This document shows positions 39,874 to 49,258 of a stretch of 49,258 bases of DNA, one piece after another. The stretch is from an uncultured bacterium (GTDB taxonomy: Bacteria; Omnitrophota; Gorgyraeia; Kaelpiales; Kaelpiaceae): contig CBEUCN010000003.1 of assembly GCA_965541635.1 (NCBI GenBank), positions 1 to 49,258 of the forward strand. The letters are read 5' to 3'. The notes below the pieces were generated by a model, which worked only from the letters and a program-made list of their open reading frames with translations, did no database searches and was not told the origin of the DNA. Position numbers and translations under genes: made by a program. The first letter of the stretch is position 1, and each line of letters opens with the position of its first letter.

Positions 39874-41549
39874 TAGAATTCTATCCTCTCTAAATTTCTT
39901 TTTCCTTGAAAAAGAAAATACAAACCACCACCTGTACTTATAACAATAAAAATAAGCATCCCTAAGGCATTATAGGTATGGAGTTGGGAAAATGTGATCC
40001 TTCCTATAAGATAAAGATAAAATGGGAGTCCCAAAATCACAGCCATAAATCCTACATACATAAGAGAAATGATGAGAGCAAGAGTCCCGCCAATTCCAGC
40101 AATGATTCGGGAGGGATTATCATTCCTAAAATTTGGGAACCAGCCTCCAAGACCAATTATCATTCCAATTAATGTCAGAGCTGAAACTGCAGAACCTACA
40201 GTGCTTACATTTACAAACTCTTGAGAAATTTTTAACATAAAATTAGAAATAGTTATAAGACTGACATTAATAATTACTGCAAATGTAGCAATTCCTATAA
40301 ATTTCGAAAAAAGCAATCTCCCACGGCTGATGGGAGCTAGATTTAGTATCCACATTCTTTTCCCTTCCAAACTTATAAGGGGAAAGACAAATCTTACTGC
40401 CAGTGAAGCCAAAACAAGATTGGTAGCAATAAGATTTAAAAATGCAATGAACATCTTCCATTTAAATGGAAAAGATTGGTAATATTGTCCCTGAAGATTG
40501 GTAAAATAAACTGCCAGAATACCAAAGAATATTAGAAGTTGAAAGTATTGCACAGGTTCTCTAACTATAGATTTCAGGTCTTTAACTACAAGTTCTCTTT
40601 CCGCTGGTCTCAGAAGCCAAAATATCTTCTTAATCATTTTCCATATCAGATATTTTACTTTTACTCCTTTGCCTCTATGAGTGGAAAGAAGAGTTATAGC
40701 AGGATAATATAGGTAAGGAATTAACAGATATATAATCTGGAATAAAAAGGTAGCGTTAATAACTAATAACCACATATAAAATCCTGACTGCAAAAATCTT
40801 TTAGAAGATAAATTGAATATTCCTGAACTCAACCATAAGGATGGTAAATACGGCTTCTCGGCGAAATTAAAATATGGCATTAACTGCGAAATAAAGAAAA
40901 TTATTTCCCCTCTGGTTTCCATTTGTTTCTGAATATATCTCTGCCTGAGGTAAATCACTGATACCAGGCACAAACAGGCAAGAATAAACATAAGATAAGG
41001 CCGTAAATCCTTATAAGGAACAATCATAATTAGAAAAAGAGTAATCATGGTTCCAATAACTGCAGCTATTACCAGATAGGGAATCAAATATACAAAACTT
41101 ACTGGCAATAGAAATAGTGAAAGTCCCCGTACTTTAAAATAGGCAAACAGAAAAGGTCCGATTAGGACCATAAATGCCCATGAGGTTAATATTAAAGATT
41201 CTATGAATTTAAATATAAAAATTTCGGTATAACTTAAGGGATGAACAAGTAAAATTCGGAGTTCCTGAGAGCGAAATACGGTGGAATAACTGGAAATGGC
41301 ATTGCTGAATATCAACAAGAAAAAAATACTCATGAAGAATAAATTTAATAATTTGTCACATAGAAAGGGCCCCGCTCCTTTAATTCCAGCAAGAAGACTA
41401 AATATATAATGAGCAAAATCGTAACACAGATAAATAATCCCAACCATAAATCCTATAATAGTTAAAATTCTAAGGGAAGGAATCCGAGGTATCTCTCGTA
41501 GGGTATTAACAATTATTTTATATCGGGATGTAAATAAAGGCTTAAGCAT
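39873..41549 (-). CDS. Large (558-aa) polytopic ABC exporter-type permease of unknown substrate
   Basis: About 12-13 hydrophobic segments in two halves, with motifs KDLKSIVREP and RFVFPLISLEG. Overlaps the ATPase gene. Confidence 0.8.
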   Translation of the reverse strand: MLKPLFTSRYKIIVNTLREIPRIPSLRILTIIGFMVGIIYLCYDFAHYIFSLLAGIKGAGPFLCDKLLNLFFMSIFFLLIFSNAISSYSTVFRSQELRILLVHPLSYTEIFIFKFIESLILTSWAFMVLIGPFLFAYFKVRGLSLFLLPVSFVYLIPYLVIAAVIGTMITLFLIMIVPYKDLRPYLMFILACLCLVSVIYLRQRYIQKQMETRGEIIFFISQLMPYFNFAEKPYLPSLWLSSGIFNLSSKRFLQSGFYMWLLVINATFLFQIIYLLIPYLYYPAITLLSTHRGKGVKVKYLIWKMIKKIFWLLRPAERELVVKDLKSIVREPVQYFQLLIFFGILAVYFTNLQGQYYQSFPFKWKMFIAFLNLIATNLVLASLAVRFVFPLISLEGKRMWILNLAPISRGRLLFSKFIGIATFAVIINVSLITISNFMLKISQEFVNVSTVGSAVSALTLIGMIIGLGGWFPNFRNDNPSRIIAGIGGTLALIISLMYVGFMAVILGLPFYLYLIGRITFSQLHTYNALGMLIFIVISTGGGLYFLFQGKRNLERIEF

Positions 41550-42282
41550 TTTGTTCCCGAGTAATTTTTAGAAATACTTCCTCCAATCTGCCTTCAATTC
41601 CACTTTTAGTCTTTAATTCTTTCAGATTCCCAACGGCAAGAAGTAAACCTTTATCTATAATTCCTATACGAGTAGCAATTTCTTCAGCAAATGAAAGAGT
41701 ATGGGTAGAGACACAAACTGTAAGTCCCTGTTGTGATTTTGTTTTTAAAAGTTGTTTCACTTTACGGGCACTGGCAGGGTCTAAGCCTACAAGGGGCTCA
41801 TCAATAACTATTACCTGAGGATCATGAATAAAGGCTGCACTGAAAACCAGTCGCTGTTTCATTCCATGGGAATACCCCTGAATAAGGTCATCTATATAAG
41901 AATTCATTTCAAAATATTCTACAAATTCTTGAATTCTATCTTCTGTTTGTGATTTAGGAATACCATAGAGTGCAGATACAAAATTTAAAAATTCTCGCCC
42001 GGTAAGTTTCTCGTAGAGATAAGGTTCATCAGGAATATAAGCCAGAAGTTTTTTGGCATCCACAGGATGAGTTTGAATATTATATCCTGCTATTTCTATT
42101 TTTCCAACAGTGGGTTTCAAAAGACCTGTAAGAAGTTTTAAGGTTGTTGTCTTGCCTGCTCCATTAGGGCCTAAAAAAACAAATATCTCAGACTTGTGGA
42201 TATCAAGATTTAAGTCCTTTATTGCCCATAAATCTCCAAATTTCTTGCTTACATTTTTAATTTTAATCATAACCTCATTCAT
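41542..42282 (-). CDS. ABC transporter ATP-binding protein
   Basis: Walker A GPNGAGKTT, signature YSHGM, Walker B VIVIDEP and the STH H-loop. Confidence 0.97.
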   Translation of the reverse strand: MNEVMIKIKNVSKKFGDLWAIKDLNLDIHKSEIFVFLGPNGAGKTTTLKLLTGLLKPTVGKIEIAGYNIQTHPVDAKKLLAYIPDEPYLYEKLTGREFLNFVSALYGIPKSQTEDRIQEFVEYFEMNSYIDDLIQGYSHGMKQRLVFSAAFIHDPQVIVIDEPLVGLDPASARKVKQLLKTKSQQGLTVCVSTHTLSFAEEIATRIGIIDKGLLLAVGNLKELKTKSGIEGRLEEVFLKITREQNA

Positions 42283-43762
42283 ATTTAATCACCTCAAGTT
42301 GTATTTTACCTACAAGTTTTATTATATCCATTTGTTGAGGAAGTTCTCCCTCTATTAGAAAAATGTGAGTGGCATCTGCCGGGAACTGATTCAATGTAGG
42401 GTCAACATCTATCCATTGCCGATTAATATAAACTGCTGGCCAGGAGTGATAATAAAATCTATTGTTGGTATACACGAGACCATTTTTAACCTTGGTGGGT
42501 ATGTTTATACTGCGAGCAAGCGCTGCAAATAAAAATGTATGCTCATTACAATCACCCTGACGGGAATTGAAAGCAGTAAGAGCGGAAGGAATACTCAAAG
42601 TCGGTTTTTTTTCTAGATAATTGTATACCCATTTCAGTAATACTTTTACTTTCTTATCATCGTTATTTAAATTCTTAGTGAGGTAGTTTGCTATTGACTT
42701 TATTTGAGAATCGTCCGATTGAATAAAATTATCAGAGCTTAGATATTCAGAAATAGGACCTTTTTCGGTGAAACTAGGGGTTTTAGTTATTACTATGTAA
42801 ATTTTCTTTATTCCGGAAATATTTTCCATTTTCAGGACTTGCTGGCGATTATTATTGAGACTGGCAATATCTATATCTGAAACTGAAAGTTTAACATAAA
42901 GTTTATTAATTTTTTCAGGGTCAAGCCGGACATTGGAAGGAATAGAAAAAAATTGTGCAAGATCAATATTTTCTTTTTTAGAAGCAGATATAAACTCCAA
43001 GGCTTTATCTTGAGGCTCGCGAATCAAAGTTATTCCTAAGGGAGTTTCCTCTTTTAATAATCTTCCTTTATCATCTATCCATGCTTTGGATTCCAAACCT
43101 GAAAATTTAGTGACAACTAAATAACTGGACAATTTTCGAGAATCAATTTTTATTTCCTCCTGAGAAAGAACTGAAAGTTGGACCTCTTGAGATTGAAGAG
43201 TTAAGGGATTGAATGTGAGAAACTTTATTTTCATTCCTGGGTGAGGATTATGCAATTCTTTAGGAGGCCCAAAAAAATTATCTAGCACTGTTCCTTCTGG
43301 AACAGTTATTTCTGTTTTACTTTCATGCCCGTTCTGTCTTAGAGTAACTGCAAACCTATTTCCATCTTTTCGTATCCCCGAAATCTCAATGTGCTGAACA
43401 CCACTAAAAAATGAAAGAGAAAAACTTCTTAATCTATATTCCGGGTCTATTTTAGAATTTATTTTCAACCATACACGTTGGGTAGTTCCTAAAATCGGAA
43501 ACAGTAAAAATGCCTCTGTATCCATTTTATAACCCTGACGGGCATCGACTTCATCGAGTCCAAAAGTAAAATTGGCATATCCAATTTTATTGTTATTAAA
43601 GTAAATTCCAAACCATTCATCGCGAAGGACAAGGTCAGGGGGAATAAATTCTTTATACATGAAATTAACTCTGTTGCCAGACTTTACATTTTTAGTATAT
43701 AACTGAAACATGGAGAATGCCCATAATCCAGTAATAGTAAATACAATCAGAAATTTTTTCAT
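42275..43762 (-). CDS. Exported or membrane-anchored transglutaminase-like domain protein
   Basis: N-terminal signal/anchor. Intact Cys-His-Asp triad: GDCNEH, YYHSW, WIDVDPT. Confidence 0.9.
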   Translation of the reverse strand: MKKFLIVFTITGLWAFSMFQLYTKNVKSGNRVNFMYKEFIPPDLVLRDEWFGIYFNNNKIGYANFTFGLDEVDARQGYKMDTEAFLLFPILGTTQRVWLKINSKIDPEYRLRSFSLSFFSGVQHIEISGIRKDGNRFAVTLRQNGHESKTEITVPEGTVLDNFFGPPKELHNPHPGMKIKFLTFNPLTLQSQEVQLSVLSQEEIKIDSRKLSSYLVVTKFSGLESKAWIDDKGRLLKEETPLGITLIREPQDKALEFISASKKENIDLAQFFSIPSNVRLDPEKINKLYVKLSVSDIDIASLNNNRQQVLKMENISGIKKIYIVITKTPSFTEKGPISEYLSSDNFIQSDDSQIKSIANYLTKNLNNDDKKVKVLLKWVYNYLEKKPTLSIPSALTAFNSRQGDCNEHTFLFAALARSINIPTKVKNGLVYTNNRFYYHSWPAVYINRQWIDVDPTLNQFPADATHIFLIEGELPQQMDIIKLVGKIQLEVIKYE

Positions 43763-44460
43763 ATCAGTTGCTTAAATTTCAATGCTGATTCCCACATATA
43801 AACATTATTGAACAGCACATAACAAATATCATAATCAAGTTCATTTATGAGATTAACAAGTTCTATCAGTTCTGACTTCTGATAATTATATTTGTATCCT
43901 CCTTTTCCGTGCAGTCGAAAATAAATTATCTTCTGGGAAAATGGCTTAACTTTGAATGGGTCAACTGCAATATAAATATTCGACTCTCTACTTAACTTTT
44001 TAATCTCTTCCCAATTCCATTTTCCTCTTGGCTCCCAGATATGAATAAACTTTTTCTGGGTTATTTCTGTAAAAAAGTATTTTAGATTTTTAATATTTTG
44101 TTTACTGGAGATAAAACTGGGAGGGGTTTGAAATAAAATTATTTTGGATTTTAGAATTTCAGCCACTTTTACTATTCGAGAATAGGCATAGCGGACAACC
44201 TTGCTATTCTGAAAAAATCCTGCTTTAGCCAAATCAAGTTCTTCTTGGATTCTGCGATAGGTGGGAGATGAGGAAGGATGAGTTATTACTTGCCAGGCTT
44301 TAATCGTAAACTCAAAATTATCTGGAACCTTCTGGCGCCAGTGAGTAATCGCTCTATCCCGAGGGGGTTGATAGAATGTCTTCTGGACTTCAACGAGATT
44401 AAACTCTTTAACATATTTTTGCCAACCTACTGGTACTCCACAGCAACCAACCTTAATCAT
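43759..44460 (-). CDS. DUF72 (YecE-like) family protein
   Basis: IKVGCCG, VEVQKTFYQPP, FTIKAWQVITH, LFQTPPSF, WEPRG and YFRLHG. Confidence 0.92.
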   Translation of the reverse strand: MIKVGCCGVPVGWQKYVKEFNLVEVQKTFYQPPRDRAITHWRQKVPDNFEFTIKAWQVITHPSSSPTYRRIQEELDLAKAGFFQNSKVVRYAYSRIVKVAEILKSKIILFQTPPSFISSKQNIKNLKYFFTEITQKKFIHIWEPRGKWNWEEIKKLSRESNIYIAVDPFKVKPFSQKIIYFRLHGKGGYKYNYQKSELIELVNLINELDYDICYVLFNNVYMWESALKFKQLI

Positions 44461-44478
44461 TATAAATCAGATTGGACT

Positions 44479-45093
44479 TTAAATCAGAAATTTATGAGAG
44501 AAAATTTTTTTTATTTCTTTATGAGTAGAATCAGGATCTGATTTTACCTTTACAATAAATATTCTTTCAGGATATTTTTCAGCCAACTGAAAGTATCCCT
44601 CTCTTACTTTAGTATGAAAATCGACTCCCTTTTCCTCTATGCGATCTTTAAATCCACTTTTATTTAACCCTTCCGGGATATCAATATCCAGAAGAAATGT
44701 AATATCTGGTTGGAGACCTCCTGTGGCAATATTATTCATTTTTTCAATAATACCAATATCAACTCCACCACCATATCCCTGATAGACAATTGTGGAATCT
44801 ATATATCTATCCAGTATAACACATCTTCCTTTTTGTAATTGAGGACGAATTTTTTCTTCTACCAATTGGGCACGAGAGGCTAAAAATAAGAAAAGTTCAG
44901 TAATAGGGATTATTTCTTTAAATTCTTTAGTTAACAAGATATCTCTAATTCTTTCTCCTATTGCAGTAGAACCTGGTTCTCTAAGTACAACTACTTCTTT
45001 ACCTTGTCTCTGAAGCCAGTCAGCGAGTAATCTTGCCTGGGTACTTTTACCACTGCCCTCTATTCCTTCCAGGGTAATGAATATTCCAGCCAT
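44479..45093 (-). CDS. tmk: Thymidylate kinase
   Basis: EGIEGSGKSTQ, REPG and DRYIDSTIVYQG. Confidence 0.98.
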   Translation of the reverse strand: MAGIFITLEGIEGSGKSTQARLLADWLQRQGKEVVVLREPGSTAIGERIRDILLTKEFKEIIPITELFLFLASRAQLVEEKIRPQLQKGRCVILDRYIDSTIVYQGYGGGVDIGIIEKMNNIATGGLQPDITFLLDIDIPEGLNKSGFKDRIEEKGVDFHTKVREGYFQLAEKYPERIFIVKVKSDPDSTHKEIKKIFSHKFLI

Positions 45094-45102
45094 TATAAAG
45101 AT

Positions 45103-45987
45103 TTAACCTTTGATACCGGTAAGTTTAACTCCCTCAATAAAGAATTTCTGAGCAAATAAGAATATTATAACTACTGGAATAATTGCCATTGTAGATGCCG
45201 CCATTAACAGTGTCCAGTTTACAAGATAATACTGTGACTGGAAATAGGAAAGGCCTATAGGTAAGGTATACATATCTATAGAGTTGGTAACCAGAAGAGG
45301 CCATAAGAAACTCTGCCAGTTACCAATAAATGTAAATACTGTAAGAGTTGCCAATGCCGGCTTGGACAGAGGGAGAATTATTCTCCAGTAGATACCAAAA
45401 AAACTACAACCATCAATTTTAGCAGCATCTTCCAGTTCCTGAGGTAGAGTCATAAAGAACTGTCTGAGCATAAAAGTGCCGTAGGCAGTAAACATAGCAG
45501 GAATAATGAGTGCCTTATAGGTATCTATCCAGCCGATTAATCTCATTAAAATAAATACCGGAATTATTATTACTGCTCCCGGAATCATCATGGTGGCTAT
45601 GTAAGCAAAAAACAACTTGTCTCTTCCAGGAAATCGCAGTCGAGAAAAAGCATAACCCGAGAAAGAACTAGTCACAACTACCCCCAAAGTTACGCAGATA
45701 GCCACAAATATGGAGTTAATATAAAATTTAAAAAAAGGAATTACTTTAAATACCTCAATGTAATTTTTCCAGATAAAATGTTCTGGAAACCAGTTTTTAA
45801 ACTGAAGAGGATCTTCAGTAAATACTTCCTGGGGTAGTTTTAAAGATGTGGAAACCATCCAGATAAATGGAAGTACCATCGTGAATCCAAACAATGAGAG
45901 GAAAATGTAAGCCAGAAGTTTCTTAATTCGTTCTCGTCTTCTTCTGGTTTCTTTAATCTTCTGTAATGACTCCTTACCGGAATTCAT
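45103..45987 (-). CDS. Carbohydrate ABC transporter permease (MalG/UgpE-like)
   Basis: EAA loop ELEDAAKIDG, PLSKPAL and FIEGV. Confidence 0.95.
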   Translation of the reverse strand: MNSGKESLQKIKETRRRRERIKKLLAYIFLSLFGFTMVLPFIWMVSTSLKLPQEVFTEDPLQFKNWFPEHFIWKNYIEVFKVIPFFKFYINSIFVAICVTLGVVVTSSFSGYAFSRLRFPGRDKLFFAYIATMMIPGAVIIIPVFILMRLIGWIDTYKALIIPAMFTAYGTFMLRQFFMTLPQELEDAAKIDGCSFFGIYWRIILPLSKPALATLTVFTFIGNWQSFLWPLLVTNSIDMYTLPIGLSYFQSQYYLVNWTLLMAASTMAIIPVVIIFLFAQKFFIEGVKLTGIKG

Positions 45988-46937
45988 CAGTAATAATGGA
46001 CTAATTTACCTCCCTTTTTCCAATAAAGCCGGGTAAAGAAAAATATTATTACAAACAACACCCAGGCTATGGCTGCTGCATACCCCGCCTTCTGAAATTC
46101 ATAGAGATTTGTGAAAATATAATACATTATGGTTGTACTGGCACCAGCAGGTCCACCTCCAGTTAAAATATAAATAATGGCAAATCCTCCCTGAAATCCA
46201 CCTATAATACTCATAATGGTTATAAAAAATGTAGTGGGAGAAAGCATGGGGAGAGTTATATAACGAAATTTCTGCCATCCGCTGGCACCATCAATTTCGG
46301 CAGCTTCATAAAGGTCCTTAGGAATGCCTTGTAAAGCCGCAAGGTAAAGAATCATATTATATCCTCCAATGGTCATCCATAAACTGATAAGCATGATGGC
46401 TGGCTTTACCCAGCGGGGATCAGAAAGCCAGTTAGGACCAGTTAAGGATATTCCTAGTAGAGAACCAATTTTTATAATAAAATTATTAATTAACCCAAAA
46501 TCAGGATTTAACAATACCTTCCACAAAATTACAATAGCAGCAATAGGACATATGGTGGGCAGGAAAAAAATCATGCGATAAAGAACAATACCTCTAAGTC
46601 TCTGATTCATAGCCAGAGCCAGCAATAAAGAACCAAATATTCCTACAGGAATCGCAAGCATTAAAAATACAGTATTGAAAAGGTAATACCAGAAATGAGG
46701 ATCATTGGGGATGATTTTTCCATTTTCGATATGAAAGCCCAAAAGTTTTATAAAATTAGCCAATCCCACAAATTTCAATCCTGAAAATATATTTCCTCCA
46801 GGAGTTAAAAGTTCCCAGTGGAAGAAACTCAATACTAAAGAAAATATGACAGGAAGAAAAGTAAATACCAAAAATCCAATAAAGTTAGGAGTTAAAAACA
46901 AATATGCAGCCAGTGTTTCCTTATGCTTGGCTTTCAT
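45987..46937 (-). CDS. Carbohydrate ABC transporter permease (MalF/UgpA-like)
   Basis: FVGLANF, LYEAAEIDGA, TGGGP and GYAAA. Confidence 0.95.
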   Translation of the reverse strand: MKAKHKETLAAYLFLTPNFIGFLVFTFLPVIFSLVLSFFHWELLTPGGNIFSGLKFVGLANFIKLLGFHIENGKIIPNDPHFWYYLFNTVFLMLAIPVGIFGSLLLALAMNQRLRGIVLYRMIFFLPTICPIAAIVILWKVLLNPDFGLINNFIIKIGSLLGISLTGPNWLSDPRWVKPAIMLISLWMTIGGYNMILYLAALQGIPKDLYEAAEIDGASGWQKFRYITLPMLSPTTFFITIMSIIGGFQGGFAIIYILTGGGPAGASTTIMYYIFTNLYEFQKAGYAAAIAWVLFVIIFFFTRLYWKKGGKLVHYY

Positions 46938-48378
46938 TTAACTTAGAAGCCTTTCTCCAAGTAGTTTTATCTTTACCATCTTCAACAATTATTCCTAAAG
47001 ACATAAGTTCCTCTCGAATTTTATCTGCAATTGTATACTGTTTTTCTCTTCTTAATAATTCACGGATAGCAACTACCTTATCTAGGAGTTGAGCATATTC
47101 TTTACTTTCCGAAACCTCCTCAAATAGACAGAATATTTTACCAAAATTCAGTATTGTTTGTCGAATCTCAGAGATTAAGATATTCTTGTGGACAAACCAG
47201 ATAGTGGCATCATCCAGAATTTTATTTCCGAGATTTGTTAATTCATATAATGTTCCCAAAGCAACTGCAGTATTAAAATCATCGTCCATTGCTTGAATAT
47301 ACTGCTCTCTGAGTTTATTTAATTTTTGAAACATATTACTAACTTTTGAAGATTTTAATTGAGTTTCATTTCTTTTTATTCCTACACTTCGAGCAAGAAA
47401 AGAATCAAGTTTCTCCTTTGCCTCTACTAACTCATCAAGTTTTTCCCATGAGAAATCAATAGGATTACGATAATTGGTGGATAGAAAAAATAATTTTAGT
47501 ATATCAGGATGGTATCTGCTCAAAACCTGTTCAATAGTAATAAAATTCCCCAAGGATTTTGCCATTTTGTGACCATTGATTGTTAACAATCCATTATGGA
47601 GCCAGTAGCGAGCAAACTGTTTTTCTGTGGCTGCTTCCGACTGAGCAATTTCATTTTCATGATGAGGAAATATGAGGTCAATACCTCCACAGTGAATATC
47701 AAAAGGAACCCCAAGATAAGACGTGCTCATCACCGAACATTCTATATGCCAGCCAGGACGGCCCTTCCCCCAGGGACTATCCCAGGATGGTTCCTGAGGT
47801 TTGGCTTTCTTCCATAAAGCAAAATCTAATGGATCCTCCTTATTTTCTCCTGGTTCTATTCTTGCTCCTGCAATTAATTCATCCCAAGAGCGTTTGGAAA
47901 GTTTGCCATATTCTTCAAATTTCTTCACTCGGAAATAGACATCTCCATTACTGACATAGGCATATTCCTTATCAATAAGTATAGAAATCAGTTTTTGCAT
48001 TTCGGGAATATGTTCTGTAGCCCACGGTTCAATATCAGGAGGAGAAATGCCAAGTTTGCTCATCCATAAGGAGTAGATATTATAATATTTCTCTGCAATT
48101 TGCTTACATACCAGTGATATGTCTTCTGGAGTTTTCTGCTCGCGAGCCTTACTGATAATTTTATCATCAACATCAGTAACATTTCTTACAAACCTTACCT
48201 TATACCCTTTAAACTGAAAATACCTGCGAATTACTTCAAATACATAAGCAGAACGAGCATGACCAATATGAGGTTCATCATATACTGTAGGACCACAGAG
48301 ATAAATCCCAACAGTATCTGACTGTAAAGGTTTAAATTCCTCTTTTTTCCCGGTTAAAGTATTGAATACCTTAATCAC
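46921..48378 (-). CDS. cysS: Cysteine--tRNA ligase
   Basis: CGPTVY, HIGH, GRPGWHIECS, FPHHENE and KMAKS. Confidence 0.99.
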   Translation of the reverse strand: MIKVFNTLTGKKEEFKPLQSDTVGIYLCGPTVYDEPHIGHARSAYVFEVIRRYFQFKGYKVRFVRNVTDVDDKIISKAREQKTPEDISLVCKQIAEKYYNIYSLWMSKLGISPPDIEPWATEHIPEMQKLISILIDKEYAYVSNGDVYFRVKKFEEYGKLSKRSWDELIAGARIEPGENKEDPLDFALWKKAKPQEPSWDSPWGKGRPGWHIECSVMSTSYLGVPFDIHCGGIDLIFPHHENEIAQSEAATEKQFARYWLHNGLLTINGHKMAKSLGNFITIEQVLSRYHPDILKLFFLSTNYRNPIDFSWEKLDELVEAKEKLDSFLARSVGIKRNETQLKSSKVSNMFQKLNKLREQYIQAMDDDFNTAVALGTLYELTNLGNKILDDATIWFVHKNILISEIRQTILNFGKIFCLFEEVSESKEYAQLLDKVVAIRELLRREKQYTIADKIREELMSLGIIVEDGKDKTTWRKASKLNESQA

Positions 48379-49088
48379 TATTCTTCAGTTTCTGATCTGT
48401 TTTTTTCACCCCATTGTCTGAGGACATCTTCTATTTGATTTATCTCATTCTGAATTCTTTCTATGGATTGAGCAAGAGGATCAGGTAAATTGGTATGGTC
48501 AAGAGTAATAGCAGGGATTTTTTTTCCTTCTCTTTTTACTATCCTCCCTGGTATCCCCACAACTGTGGAATTATCAGGGACATCTTTTATTACCACAGCA
48601 TTGGCTCCAATCTGAACATTGTTGCCAATGGTAATATTACCGAGAACTTTTGCTCCTGCTCCAATAACTACATTATTTCCTATCGTGGGATGGCGTTTAC
48701 CTCTTTCTTTTCCAGTTCCTCCCAGGGTTACTCCCTGATATAAAGTAACATTTTTACCAATTATTGTAGTTTCTCCTATCACCACTCCCATTCCATGATC
48801 TATAAACAGTCCCCTATCGATTCTGGCTCCAGGATGAATTTCTATCCCAGTTAACCACTTGGCAAACTGAGAAATGATACGGGGAATATAGGGAATTTTT
48901 AAGCGGTGAAGAAAATGAGCAATACGGTAAAAAATTATGGCATGAAGACCAGAATATGTAAGTATAACCTCAAGTTTGCTAATGGCTGCGGGATCTCGCT
49001 CCATCGCAGCCTGAATTTCAGGCTGAAATATAAAATATATGGCAACAATTGCTAACAGAACCAGAATTAAAAAAATTATTATAAACAT
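48378..49088 (-). CDS. cysE: Serine O-acetyltransferase with an N-terminal hydrophobic helix
   Basis: [22 protein letters not shown] and [12 protein letters not shown]. Overlaps the cysS start. Confidence 0.96.
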   Translation of the reverse strand: MFIIIFLILVLLAIVAIYFIFQPEIQAAMERDPAAISKLEVILTYSGLHAIIFYRIAHFLHRLKIPYIPRIISQFAKWLTGIEIHPGARIDRGLFIDHGMGVVIGETTIIGKNVTLYQGVTLGGTGKERGKRHPTIGNNVVIGAGAKVLGNITIGNNVQIGANAVVIKDVPDNSTVVGIPGRIVKREGKKIPAITLDHTNLPDPLAQSIERIQNEINQIEDVLRQWGEKNRSETEE

Positions 49089-49096
49089 TGATAATT

Positions 49097-49124
49097 ATTA
49101 TCCCTGAAGTGTTGGAATTGTCAA
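49097..49124 (-). promoter_or_regulatory. Putative sigma70 promoter giving a near-leaderless cysE mRNA
   Basis: TTGACA (49124-49119), 16-nt spacer, GATAAT (49102-49097), then 8 nt to the ATG. No SD. Confidence 0.6.
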
Positions 49125-49136
49125 TTATAGAAATTT

Positions 49137-49258
49137 TTATTTTCTGGCTATATAAGTATAATAAGCAGGGAAAATTTTTAACAGGGAATACTGAATGTAG
49201 AAATTATTCATGAAGTTATCCCAGACAAGATTAGTAAAATAATTTTCAATCATAAGTG
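49137..49258 (-). CDS. 3' end of a probable glycoamylase-family (GH144-like) protein, cut by the window edge
   Basis: Hand translation gives LMIENYFTNLVWDNFMNNFYIQYSLLKIFPAYYTYIARK-stop. It resembles the C-terminal LMIENxxxxLxWxxFM motif of that family. Confidence 0.6.
   Translation of the reverse strand, partial: LMIENYFTNLVWDNFMNNFYIQYSLLKIFPAYYTYIARK

Noticed and set aside
907-48743. Many plus-strand ORFs of 60-186 aa in the track (for example 1395-1802, 6087-6461, 21351-21911, 28527-28904, 35670-36158, 36481-37041)
   Set aside because: They are antisense shadows of well-identified minus-strand genes, S/F/I-rich, with no recognisable motifs.
705-49088. Stop-codon reassignment, inteins or introns in core genes
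   Set aside because: TGA, TAG and TAA all end genes at the expected lengths, and RpoB, RpoC, EF-G and the tRNAs show no large insertions.

Overview
Low-GC bacterial chromosome segment, almost all on the minus strand. Its core is an uninterrupted ~31.5 kb transcription/translation supercluster (tRNA-Thr, tuf, rpmG, tRNA-Trp, secE, nusG, rplKAJL, rpoBC, rpsLG, fusA, tuf, then the S10, spc and alpha operons), which runs on into aspC and a leuC-like gene. rpmD (uL30) is missing from its usual position, and sequence motifs suggest a PVC-superphylum, possibly Omnitrophota-like, organism (inference only). The left end has a XerCD dif-like site (632-659) with an adjacent palindrome, only ~5.4 kb from the end of the ribosomal cluster, plus small nucleotide-hydrolase genes (YjbQ, HIT, metallophosphoesterase, MazG). 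The right end is a tightly coupled operon: N-terminally membrane-anchored cysE, cysS, two orphan sugar-ABC permeases, tmk, DUF72, an exported transglutaminase-like protein, an ABC ATPase, a large permease, an archaeal-looking rtcA, an unannotated 42-aa membrane peptide and panE. The ORF track missed rpmJ, rpmG, two tRNAs, the 42-aa peptide and the 3' end of a glycoamylase-like gene. The most interesting leads are the dif site next to the ribosomal cluster, an L17 ending in a MinD-like amphipathic helix, the transglutaminase-ABC-RtcA module, and a membrane-anchored, probably leaderless CysE. All family calls come from motif recognition by eye; no searches were run.
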